Source: Catajapyx aquilonaris
Lineage: Eukaryota
Direction of reading: 5' to 3'
Assembly: GCA_000934665.2 (NCBI GenBank)
Contig: JYFJ02003817.1
Location: 1 to 37,249 of the forward strand
DNA length: 37,249 bases
The position numbers and the translations under genes were made by a program. The notes under the pieces were generated by a model. The model saw only the letters and a program-made list of their open reading frames with translations, made no database searches and was not told where the DNA came from. Shown here in pieces: positions 12,934 through 23,650 of the stretch (its first letter is position 1; every line of letters starts with the position of its first letter).

Positions 12934-13045
12934 CGCCATTTTGAAAGTAATCAAGTTCGAAAAATTCTCATGGATGAAGGTAGGCGTGGTCTATTCCAGT
13001 GACGTCATTACAAGTCAAATGAACGGCGGCGACATCTACTGACAA
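12934..13045 (-). promoter_or_regulatory. Putative Mondo promoter: YY1/Pho-type motif, CRE palindrome, CTCF-like motif
   Basis: CAAAATGGCG on the minus strand at 12934-12943, perfect TGACGTCA at 13000-13007, and TCAGTAGATGTCGCC on the minus strand at about 13028-13042. Locally CpG-rich and 120-230 bp upstream of the ATG. Confidence 0.5.
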
Positions 13046-13119
13046 ATATTACAACACTTTCAAAGACCTGCAATAACTAGCAATAAATAACTAGTAAACT
13101 CTAAAGTACATTATTTCAC

Positions 13120-13125
13120 TTTATT
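13120..13125 (-). terminator. Putative polyadenylation signal of MDC1
   Basis: AATAAA on the minus strand about 260 nt downstream of the MDC1 stop codon. Confidence 0.5.
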
Positions 13126-13385
13126 AAATTCGGTAAACTACACCCATCACCGAGTTAATGAAGGGTCTCTTACTCAAGAAAAAAAAAAAATTTTGACACT
13201 CTCATCAAATGTTATTATGCCAGCAAAGAATGTACAAATCAGGTTTTTACGCTAACACATCTGTACGGGACACATACTTTCAAAAAACATATTCCACATT
13301 TTCAAAGCCTATCATGCTCTAGATAATTCCGTTATTCTTTTAAAAAATGAAAATTGAACGTGCTGTGGTAGAAACACTGATAGTT

Positions 13386-16300
13386 TTAACCTAATGCAAA
13401 TTTCTTCAGATCCAACTTTTGCTGCAAGAGTCCTGTCAGTATGCCTTCGGTCTGCACAAGTTCGATGCCTTTCTTCTGCAGGGTTGCCCACTTCTTCTCG
13501 TCTTCTTGGCAGGTGACGGCAAACGACATCTTTGCGCCTTTCGGCACAGATGTGACTGCAGATCCTCCTGCGCACTTGATAATCTCTAAAAAGTCAGAGA
13601 AATATTCATTTTACGACAAAACAACGCAAGAGGCCTTCAGATTAGAAGATCATGCTATGATCATGTTACTCACCTTTCATCTCACTTGGTGGTGGCTTGA
13701 TTCCTGGGGTGCACATCACTGAGTAGCCCACAAGGAGACCACCATCCCCTGCCTTCTTGAGTGATGCGACCAATTTGAACTTGTACTTGCGCTCCATCTT
13801 CACATCACTCACAATGAAATCCCATGGATCTAGAAGGGCGTTAAAATGACACAAAAATTCCTTGATGCACTTTATTCCAAATACGTACCTTTGAACCCTT
13901 TGCCTTTGGAGGACTGATGCAGCCAGCTCGTGGAAACTATGGGGACACCCCGCCCCAAGGCACACATAAACTTGACTGTCCGTCGAACTGCATCAGTGAC
14001 CAACACAGTGCAGTCTGTCAGTGAGTCAGTGATTATTCCCCCAAGCTTCTCAACCATTTCAGCCTCCATCTCGTAATCTTCAAGGCCAGTGAACATCACC
14101 TTATGTTCTGCAGCTTCCTGAAACTGATTTGAAGGCCTCATGAAAATCCAGAAAAGGCAAAATGCAATTTTTTGAAAAGTATCATAGAGGACATAAATTA
14201 AGTTTATAATTTGCTATATTTTATGGCATACAATTACGTAACTTCAGATTTCAATAAGTGAAAAGTGATTTAAAATTTTTGTGCGTGAAATAACAAAAAA
14301 AAAAAAGACTTACCAAAGCTGTGCCCCTTTTTCTTGTAGTTGCTGTGGCATTTTTGTTCCGTCCTCTGGTTGAAACTTGAGACGCTGCAGGTGATGCCTG
14401 GGGAAGGGGTTTGGCTCCTCTCTTAGGCATCGGCTTGGTTACAACCTTGGAAGGGGTCACTTTTTCAGGTGTGGATTTGGACACTGCCTTGGGAGGTGGA
14501 CTAGCCACCACCTTGCGAGCTGCTCTGGAAGACATCCTCGTTGTAGTCTTCAGAATTTTTTCCTTCGGTACCACCTGGGGGGGTGAAGCCAGGGTTTTGG
14601 GAGTTGCTGCTTTGCGGGTGGTCCGAGGAAGAGTTTTGGGAGAACTTTTTGAAGCTGGCTCAACTGTTCTCGCCCTCCGTGTGGATGTCCGGGTGACAGC
14701 TTCAGGAGGCTTCTCCACTTCCAACTTCTGTCGTTTGGTTGGTTCTGGTTGGCTGTCACTCTTCTTGCGCTTTCCCACACTCGTAATGTCTGACTGACCC
14801 CTAGTCCTTGTACCTGGCCTGCTCACATCATCCTTTGGTGTGACCTTGGTGGCCTGTTTTGGAGTTGTCTCAGATTTGGAAGTAGTCTTGGAAGTACTTC
14901 TGGAGGCAGCATCTGGAGTGGCACGCATTCTCAGGGCTCTCCTTGGTAATTCCTTCTGCCCTTCAACCTCAGTGACTGAGGCCACCTTGGCTGATTCTTT
15001 AGCAGGTGGGGTGACCTTAGTTGCTGCAGCTTTAGCAGATGGGGTGACCTTAGTTGCTGCAGCTTTAACAGATGGAGTAACCTTGGTGGGCAAGGAGACT
15101 TTGGCAGCAGGGGACATCTTATTTGGTTCAGTTTTGGAAATTGGAGAAGCTTTGGTAGCAGGGGCGATCTTAGTTGCTTCAGTCTTGGTAACTACCGTAG
15201 TCTTGGTAGTCAGAGTGACTTTAGTTGCTTCAGTTTTGGCAGCTGGAGAAGCCTTGGTAGCCAAAGTGATTTTAGTTGCTTCAGTTTTAGTGGCTGGAGT
15301 AGACTTGGTGATCTCAGACCTTGATTTCTTTGTAACGGATTCCTGGCTGTCATCAATCTTGCGCTTTCGGCCTGGTCTACCAGGTGTGGTCCTGGTGGGG
15401 ACACTTTCATTTCTTGTTAAGGGAGGGGACTTTTCAAAGCCACTCTCCTGCAAGTCCTCATCAGTAGATGGTTTTTTGGAAGCACTTGCAGTGATCTTCT
15501 CCTCAGGAGTAGCATCACTAGTCTTTCTTGGTCTACCTCGTCCCTTCCGAATTGGTGTCACTGATAGTGCAGAGGTGCTGTCCTGCTCAGTCTCACTCTG
15601 TGAGTCACCACTTGGAGAATAGCGTCTTCTGGGACGTATTGCACGACCTGAACGACTTCGGGCTGCATCTTCCTGTGAATCTGTTAATTTGTCATTTGAT
15701 TCTTTTCCTGGTGCTGGCTTTCGGTAGCGCCTTTTTGGTGGAGACTTCTCAGGAGTCTTCTCAACTGGAGATTCAGAAGGTGCATCTGAGTCGTCTAAGG
15801 TAAGGCTTGCATCATCATCTGTGTCATCAGGAACGGTCACCTGTGGCTTGGGGGTAGATGAATATGGCAACTTCCTTTTCTGTGGGCTAGGCTTTGATGT
15901 GGGAGGCTTCAAAATAGCTGGCTTTGAAGCAGATGATCTTGGATTAGCAAGTCTTGAGGAAACAGGCTTTGAAGGAACAGGTTTTTTCTTCTCTACCTCC
16001 TTCTTTACTTGCATGCAGTAGGAGTGATCCGTTGGGTTTGGTTGAGTGGCTGCTTCTGGGTTGACTGAAACATTTTCATTCTGATTGACTGACTGTGTGC
16101 CAATACCACTCTGATTTGCTGGCTGAGTATCAATAAAATCCTCACTCAGCTCGCCATCCATATTTGAAGCGCCGGACCTAGTGCCATAAGTCAGCCTGCC
16201 CTTCCTTAAGTTGCCTCTGGCATTCAACTTATTGCTAGTATTCATCTTGCTAGCAGCTGGCTTTGATTTAGCCTCAGTAGTGCCCATCTTATCACCAGTT

Positions 16301-19300
16301 GTTTTAATCTTGCTATCAGTCGCATCTAATGAATCATCAGGAACATTACGTTTTCCATCAGTCACTTTCAGTCTGCCATCAGTCTCTGACTTGTTGCCAA
16401 TTGCCTTCAAGTCATCAGTCAAGTCCAGCTCCTCAGGATCCTCACCCATAATCTGAGTGGCGGCATTGCAATAATCATCATCAAGATCTTCCTCCTCCTT
16501 TTCCTCTTCATTAGGTGTTTCCACTGGCTGAGTAGCCATTTCACTCAAGTCATTGGATGGTACAACATGAGTTAATGTGTCATCCCTGCCTACATCTTTC
16601 TTTGCAATGTTCTTTTCTCCCACCTCTGCTGCAGCTTTGCCCTTATTGGTTGCGTCCTTCACAGCATTACCTTTATTTGACACATGCGATGTGTCACTGT
16701 TCTGGTGTACCACTTCCTTTGAAGAACTCCCTCCATCTAGTCGCTTTCTTGGGCTGTCAATCATAACTATCATCTGTGTCTCAGCTTCAGCAAGGTCATC
16801 TGCTACAGAATCTGGCTGAGTCAAGGCATCACTACTAATGCTATCCTCCTCCTCCTCACTGTTTATTTCCCGGGAAGAACCTGCAACTTGGGTTAGGGCA
16901 CACGCAAGGTCATCTTCCGTTGCTGCTGGGTCAACATCTTTTGCAAGAATGCTCTTTTTGATTTTAGGAGAATCAAGTCCATCAGTTTTCTTGTCCTTGG
17001 TTGTCTGTGGTTCAAGAGGTTGAGTGTCCATATTATATATGTCTTCATCAATGTAATCCTCAGTCTGATCATTGGATCTATTGCTACTAGGCCCAAAAAC
17101 AAGCTGTGTCTCTGTGTCTAACAGCTGGGACTCAGAGCAATCGACAGGTGGCGGATTAGGTTTTTCTATCAATTGAGTTTCTGCATCATAAATGTCAGGT
17201 GGCAGTCCACTACTTTTTTCTGGCGATGATGACTGAACAAATCGCTGTCGTGGAATTAGACTTTCGTTCACTTGGGTAGGAGCATCAAAGAGAACATCTT
17301 CATCAATCTTTGATTCACCTGCTTCATTCTTAGAATCACTGCCCTTGGAATCAAAATCAATAGGCTGGGTAGCAGCATTAAAGATGTCATCATCATCTTC
17401 AATCTTTGAGTCACCTGCTTTGTTCTTAGAGTCAAAATCCAGAGGTTGCGTAGGGGCATCAAAGATGTCATCATCTGCATCAATCTTTAATTCACCTGCT
17501 TCCTTCTTAGAATTACTGCTCTTGGAATCGAAATCAGTAGGTTGGGTAGGGGCATTAAATATGTCATCATCTTCGTCAATCTTCGAATCTCCTGCTTTGT
17601 TCTTAGAATCAAAATCTAGAGGCTGGGTAGGGGCATTAAAGATGTCATCATCTTCATCAATCTTCGATTCACCTGCTTCATTCTTAGAATCACCACTCTT
17701 GGAGTCAGCAACATGAGATTTCTCAGAAAGTGGCTTGCCACTGTCTTCTGAGTGTGACTTCACATTTGCAAACAAAATAACTTCCTCATCTCCAGTGTCA
17801 CTTTCGTCGTCATCGGCTGAAGATTTTGCCAAAGAACGCTCAGGTGAAATTAACTGGAAAAAAATACCATCACATATACCTCCAACAACTATAAATTGAT
17901 ACATCATACCATTTTGCATGGCCCTATCTGTTAGTCATAAATTCCCAGTTCTCAAGTGACACAATTGATTACATTTAAAACAACTTGGGGCTCATGCACT
18001 TCTTGCTCTAAGCCCTTCTCTATGCCACAGGGAGAATAATTGTGAAGTAGTGCCGGTGCAATTATTGTACCGACACCAAACTTGGATGAAATTTGCAAAT
18101 CCAAAATTATACCATGTGTGCCAACACTGATAGCAGTAACAAGTACAGTATGGTACACCTTTATTTGACCCTCACCCAGAGGGCTAGAAAAATATATACT
18201 GTTCCATTTTTTTTGCTGCTTTTGGCTTTATCACACCAGGGACAAGTCTTAATTTGTCTCACAATAATTATTACTACCCTAGTTTGGCATGCACAGCCCC
18301 ACGCAACTCCCACTCCTTTTGCGTGTGCTTAGCAAGTCTCCTATCCTCGAATGTGGAGCACTGTACCAAATGGCATTTGAGCGGACGACTCCTGAACCGT
18401 TCTGAACCAACCTAGATGGTCAATTCCCATTAACCCTCGTCCACAGATCCAACCACCAGCCACCTGCGATTTGGAACGTTCCAAATCGCATTCGGGTGGC
18501 TGGTGCACGGATCTGCAAACAGTGGCTGAATGGAAGTTGGACAATTTAGGTAGGTTCAGAACGGCTCATAAGTTGTCTGCCCAAATGCAATTTGGTACAG
18601 TGCTCCACATCCGGGGAGAGGGGACTCGCTAAGTGCATGGCCTTCCCCATAAGGCTACATAGGGAGCTGTGGGGGGATGGACGCACATATGACAATTACT
18701 GTGGCGTGGAGAGAGGTTATCATGGGGCTTGAACTTGCTGAAGAATAGAAAAACTGTGTTATGAAGAAAGCCAAACGATCAGGAGGTACACGGCACAATT
18801 CCTGTACCAAGCTGATTGCTCCTGTCAGAGTCACAGGTGCACCTACCATTCAAGTTTGGTGCCTGTCCAATGCCCACTGTAGCATACAGAGAGATTCAGG
18901 GAAAGCAGTGCACAAGCGGCAAGTCATTTTTGATCAAACATTATCTAGTTTTCTGATACCATGGTTCAGGTGAATATACACAATTTGTCCCTTATAGCAG
19001 TTATTCTGAAAGTATTGGCTCTGGCCTGCTATTGGACCACGAGGGCATTCTAGAGGAATTCTAAACTAACATGAAATTTTAAATTTTTATTCGAATTTTA
19101 CTGGTGGATGACAATGCACTTAGGGAGATAAGTTATGGCATGTGGGCCTAAGTGAGCTGAAGTAAGAAGAGCTTGACATTGCCTCAGGGATGGGACACTA
19201 CCAAAAAAGAGCGACTCATATATTATGAATGGTGGCTTTTCCGCAGATTCCCTATCGTCTGTGGTAATACTATTTGAATGCTGAGTGTTTACAATTTTGA

Positions 19301-21109
19301 TAAGTAACAGGCTTAACCACAACTCACCGATCCATTTGCATCTTTCTTCTTCACTGCCGGAGTGACTGCAATCATGCTGGCTGATACATCTGAAACAAAG
19401 TGGTATGTTTTAGATGCCTGGCTGAGGTGTACCAGCATAAAGAGTACTAACCTGATTTTGATACACTACTGAAATCTTCTGTGTCATCAAATTTCAGACT
19501 GATCTCAGCATCTGTTTCTGAATCTGAATCAGCTTCCTTTTCAGGTTCCTGGAAAATATACATTAAGAGCATAAATAATAAAATTACAATTACACTGATA
19601 TCAACCACTCCAGAGCATAATTACTGACAGGTTGGATGTCGACCTTGATGTAAGTACAAATAATATCCGCCAGTTTCAGCTGGTCACCATCTTGCAAGGA
19701 ATACCGGACTTTTGGTTTCAGAAACATCTGTAAAGAGAAAACCATTAGTTACAGTAAGCGACACAGATGCAGCATAATGTTTACAGTACCTTGTTCAGTT
19801 TTGTCTTGTTCCTGCTCTCCATGTCACATATCAAGTGTGTATGATTGTTTTCCACTTCAATAGTACAATGAACTTTAGAAAGTGCCTGAAAATAAATACT
19901 CTGTTGTACATTGTGCTTCACAACTACATTATATCAGCGCAAACTACGAGTATTAGCATATTATCTTACAAATAGCAACATGCCAGTATAAAGTGCGATT
20001 AACACAACTTTACCTTGCTCTCGAGAACTACACTGCATTGGTCTGAGTCTCTGCCAATTGTATTGGTCCCCTTTTTAATGGGATACTGCTTTTCACCCAT
20101 TTGCAGATAACCCACCTGCAAAAATAAAAGTCATTAAAATAATACAAAGAAATTGTAGCTATTGCTCTATTAGGCCAATCACACATAGAATAATGTTTGT
20201 GAATGAATTTAGGTTGCAATAAAATGAATTGTAGCATCTCAGGTCTCATTAAGTGTCTTTTGATGCCCCCCTCCCCCCAAAAAAACCACCACCACCACCA
20301 ACTTTTTTTTTGTACAACCTGAATTTTCTCACAACTGCTGGTTCTTGAGACCTTCTAAACACACCTTAACCATTACTTGCATCCCTGCTTATCAGTTCCA
20401 TTACCACCATTGTCAGGAACAGCCCCCGACAACTTCTACGATACGGTAATTTAATTACAGAGTCTCCGCTACACCAGGGAATTTTGGCGCTGGCATCTCT
20501 CTCGCTGGGGCTATAGGGGGCAATTTGGTTGCCAGACTCACTAATGTGGCTGATCTGCAGAATAGAGCTGCGCGTACTGTAGTATTGACTGTATGGGTTG
20601 GTTCAGAAGGCAGCAGCCTGAGTGAGTCTGGCAGCTGGATACCCACCAGTGAGCGACGCCAGCGCCAGCGGAGACTCTGTAATTAAACTAATGTCACCAT
20701 ATAGTAAGCGTGGGAGTTGCGGGGGGCCTTGTGTACGTTCCTAAGACCAGCTGCACCTGTGTAATTGATGCTGACAGTAGACCTTACTGCACATTGCAAG
20801 TACACCTTTTTTCTGACAACAGCACATTCCGTGCCTGTGGTTCCCACCCTGGCTTCTGCTAATCTGGGCTCTACCCACAAACCATCTAAGTACACCACAC
20901 GAAACCCTTGCATAGTGCATGGCTATTGGTTATGCCTCAGCGTATACAACAAGGTGGTGGTGTAGTCAACCCTCGGGGCAGGCAGCAGCGGCTATTGCTC
21001 TGCCCCCCGAATGCTGCTCTCAAGAACTGACCGCTGCTTCAGGATCCGGTGGCCAGCTCGCATTCTCCTCGCTTTGCGAGGACAGGTTCATCTCCTGTGT
21101 ACACTCCAT
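13386..21109 (-). CDS. MDC1: Mediator of DNA damage checkpoint protein 1-like (FHA + TQ-rich region + tandem BRCT), ~1552 aa
   Basis: Exons 21109-21032, 20115-20014, 19885-19790, 19727-19629, 19548-19452, 19389-19328, 17853-14314, 14117-13889, 13829-13674, 13585-13386 (4659 nt, phases consistent). N-terminus MECTQ. FHA motifs NTIGRD, ALSKVHC, DMESRNKT, LQDGDQLKLAD. C-terminal tandem BRCT KVMFTG...RRTVKFMCALGRGVPIVSTSWL...EIIKCAGG...ILTGLLQQKLD closely resembles MDC1. Confidence 0.92.
15001..15310 (-). repeat. Coding minisatellites in the MDC1 Pro/Ser/Thr/Lys-rich region (33-bp and 51-bp units)
   Basis: 33-bp unit agcagRtggggtgaccttagttgctgcagcttt at 15001 and 15034, partial at 15067 (AAATKVTPSAK). 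The motif ttagttgcttcagt recurs every 51 bp at 15170, 15221 and 15272 (KTEATK). Confidence 0.85.
17270..17705 (-). repeat. Coding tandem repeat in MDC1: five acidic TQ units of alternating 81/96 bp (177-bp higher-order period)
   Basis: Protein units DSKN(K/E)AG(D/E)SKIDEDDDIF(N/D)APTQP(L/T/I)DF of 27 and 32 aa are visible in both the DNA and the translation. Confidence 0.92.
18296..18676. mobile_element. Foldback/MITE element in an MDC1 intron
   Basis: 18328-18633 is almost entirely self-complementary (for example atgtggagcactgtaccaaat / atttggtacagtgctccacat) around the perfect 26-bp palindrome tgcgatttggaacgttccaaatcgca (18465-18490). Outer arms ccccacgcaactccc / gggagctgtgggg. Confidence 0.85.
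20421..20728. mobile_element. Foldback/MITE element in MDC1 first coding intron
   Basis: Perfect 21-bp inverted repeat tttaattacagagtctccgct (from 20450) / agcggagactctgtaattaaa (to 20687). Inner pairs ggcgctggc / gccagcgcc and gccagactcact / agtgagtctggc. Outer arms agcccccgacaacttctacg / cgtgggagttgcggggggcc. Confidence 0.8.
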
Positions 21110-21369
21110 CGTCACCACTTCTGTCTTCTGACCTGTTCACCTCCGTGAAGCCTCCATGTCCAAGGACCGGGGTAGGAGCCTACTCGCCTAGAAGCTAGAA
21201 CACAAGCGGGGGAACGCAACGCAAGGGGGGAAAACAGAAAATGAATTACTGAAAAAGAAAAAAGAAAAAAAAGACAACAGACGCCAGATTCCAAACTCTC
21301 CCGACAGGTGTCTCTGTCCATACATAGATTATATAAAACGATGGTTTTCCCAACTAGAGGAGAGTCAGA

Positions 21370-21380
21370 CGCCATCTTTG
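21370..21380 (-). promoter_or_regulatory. YY1/Pho-type motif near the probable MDC1 transcription start
   Basis: CAAAGATGGCG on the minus strand about 260 bp upstream of the MDC1 ATG, in CpG-rich sequence. Confidence 0.45.
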
Positions 21381-22149
21381 ATAAGGTATAAATGAGCGCG
21401 TAATTCTTGTCGAGGGTCACGGTCTCTTGGGGTTATTTCGGGATGCGAAAGGGCAGAGGAGGATGGTGATGAACGAGTTGAGGGAAGGAAAAGATGGGTG
21501 ACGTTCTTGGCTGGCTGTTGCGTAATTTAAGCCTTGACATTTGGAATTCCGGTGATGTCAAGTTCAAGGGAAATTATTCATTTCACATTTATTTTTGAAG
21601 TCAGTAATTTCGCATAGTGTGATGACATGTGCGAAGAATGTAGAGTTTGACTACTAAAAAGGGCATTGCTTTGGTAGGGTGTTACTGTGACAGTGGTATG
21701 CATGACTCATGTAAATTATTCTATCAATCCAATGAAATGGTCATATTAGCTGCCGTATATGCGAGTACTCATAATTAGAGCTTATATTAATTATGAATTA
21801 TTAAAGAAGCATTTCACGTATGTGTTACCAAAAAAAGCACAATTCTTCAGCAACTACGTAACAAGAAATTCTGATAACCCAAGGACAAAACTTCAATCCA
21901 TCTAGTATAGGAAGAGTCCAATTTATTAAATGTCAATTTCTAATCCCCTGGTAATATCCGGAGCTTTCGTTCCTCCTTAGGGATGATGTGATGGCAACGG
22001 AGCGTGGGCTTCCTATGATGTCTCCTAAGCTGGGAAGTCGTCATCAGACCCTTGTTTCGAGTCATCCGGATTGGTTGCTTTCTTCCTCTCGACTACTACA
22101 CTGCGACCAAGGATCCCTATCTCAGTTTTCACTTGGACTCGAAGGAGAC

Positions 22150-23240
22150 ATGTCATACTCAATTGCTGTCACCGTCGCTGTCATCTTTCTACGCAGGTAC
22201 GCCCTATTTATCTACTTGTTAGTAGGAAATTGCTACATTAAATAGCACAAAAAATTATATTCATATAATTGATTAAATTGGTGAATATAATAATTAAGCA
22301 TATTATCAGCGTTGTGCTGTTTTTTATGATGGTATGTATCTACGTATGTAGTTAGAGGCTCCATAAAGGGGCTTAGGAAGAGGAAGCTAGCTATTTCAAA
22401 GCCTACGCATTTTGCCTAATTACTTTCAATTCATGTCGTCAACGAGAAAAGCGTCGCTCCAAGATTGAGATGGAGCGTCCTCAACCAATTTGCATGGCCC
22501 GTATTTCTCATTTTGGCATACATTTACATACCAGAGGCCCAGGAAGTGAGGTCCCCCCTTGCATTCATTCACCCATTTCAATTCAAGGCTCATATGCTAA
22601 CAGCCCCATTATACTGAGCTGTCCTGCTTCTGTTTTCTCCCACACACAGCACGTATGGTTTGTCCTGTGCTCCATGTTGGTCTCATGGATGTGATCCGGC
22701 ACCGTACTGCGACCATGGGATTGTCAAAGATGTGTGCGGATGTTGCGACGTTTGTGCTAACGTAAGTTTGGCATGATGTCACCCATACAGCAGACAATGT
22801 CAATGACCTGTCTATTTTGGTAGGGTCCGGGACAGCCGTGCAATGGTCCGTTTCAAATTAATGGCAAGTGTGGTGAGGGCTTGCAGTGCGAAGTGAATAT
22901 TCCGGATGGTAGTCCGTACCTTCTGCATGCTCTTGAGGGCATATGTGTTCCGGATAAGAAGAAGGTGTTGGATAACAATCTTCCGGATCATGCAGAGGAG
23001 GATAATAAGATTCTGGAGAAAAGCAGTAGGAAGACAACCAGTTTGAAACACAGTCCTAGACCCCTGCCTTTGGCTCTGGGGCAGCCCTCGGTTAACCAGC
23101 CTAAAGTCACCACTGTGTATAGGATGACCTCACCAGGAAGGCCAAAATATCCGCCTTCGTTGAGGTCATCCAATGAGCCACGTCTTAACTACCCATCGCA
23201 CTTTTATCATTCGCCTACCAGATTCCATTACCATAAATAA
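22150..23240 (+). CDS. Secreted single insulin-like growth factor-binding (IGFBP N-terminal) domain protein, SIBD/neuroparsin-related, ~191 aa
   Basis: Exons 22150-22196, 22650-22761, 22824-23240 (576 nt). Signal-like MSYSIAVTVAVIFLRSTYG, then a 12-Cys domain LSCAPCWSHGCDPAPYCDHGIVKDVCGCCDVCANGPGQPCNGPFQINGKCGEGLQC...EGICV carrying the IGFBP CGCCxxC signature. AATAAA overlaps the stop (23236-23241). Confidence 0.88.
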
Positions 23241-23650
23241 AAATTAGATGTCAAAAACATATGTATTTTGTGTGTGTGTATTTTACATCGAATATATGAC
23301 GACAATGCTGAGGTGCATGCTCATACATTACGTAATGCCCTTTTAGTTGTAACAAGGTAGTTGGGCCCTCGTTACGTAATTGGTGGTGAGGGTCAGTAAG
23401 GGTCAAAAATGTCACGTAATTTATGAATGAAGAGTGCGTATGCTGGATAATTCAATTGCATTACAATATAGATTTTTTTTTCGAAATATGAGGTTCAAAA
23501 TGTAAAGGCATATGAAGGAATAAAATTCATTGACGTTTCTGCGTTTCTGTTCATTCCAAGACTGTTATCCCCTCCTTTCCACTATAGGCTATCAGATAGT
23601 CATTTCATTCGTAGGAACAAACAGGTAGTCTATGATGTGAGACATCTAAC

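Noticed and set aside
12326..12944. Several overlapping alternative-frame and antisense ORFs over Mondo exon 1
   Set aside because: Explained by GC-rich, low-complexity coding sequence.
17270..17705. Regularly spaced repeats as a CRISPR-like array
   Set aside because: They are in-frame coding repeats without unique spacers, in a eukaryotic gene with no cas genes.
14411..17716. Long plus-strand ORFs (up to 260 aa) antisense to the large MDC1 exon
   Set aside because: Shadow ORFs of a repetitive coding exon, with no independent gene features.
14251..17919. The 1222-aa ORF as a stand-alone intronless gene
   Set aside because: Both ends are intronic read-through. The splice sites at 17853 and 14314 join it in phase to the FHA and BRCT exons.
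20411..21539. TGTCA...TGACA-bounded segment resembling a solo LTR
   Set aside because: No target-site duplication, and the segment contains the MDC1 first coding exon and probable promoter.
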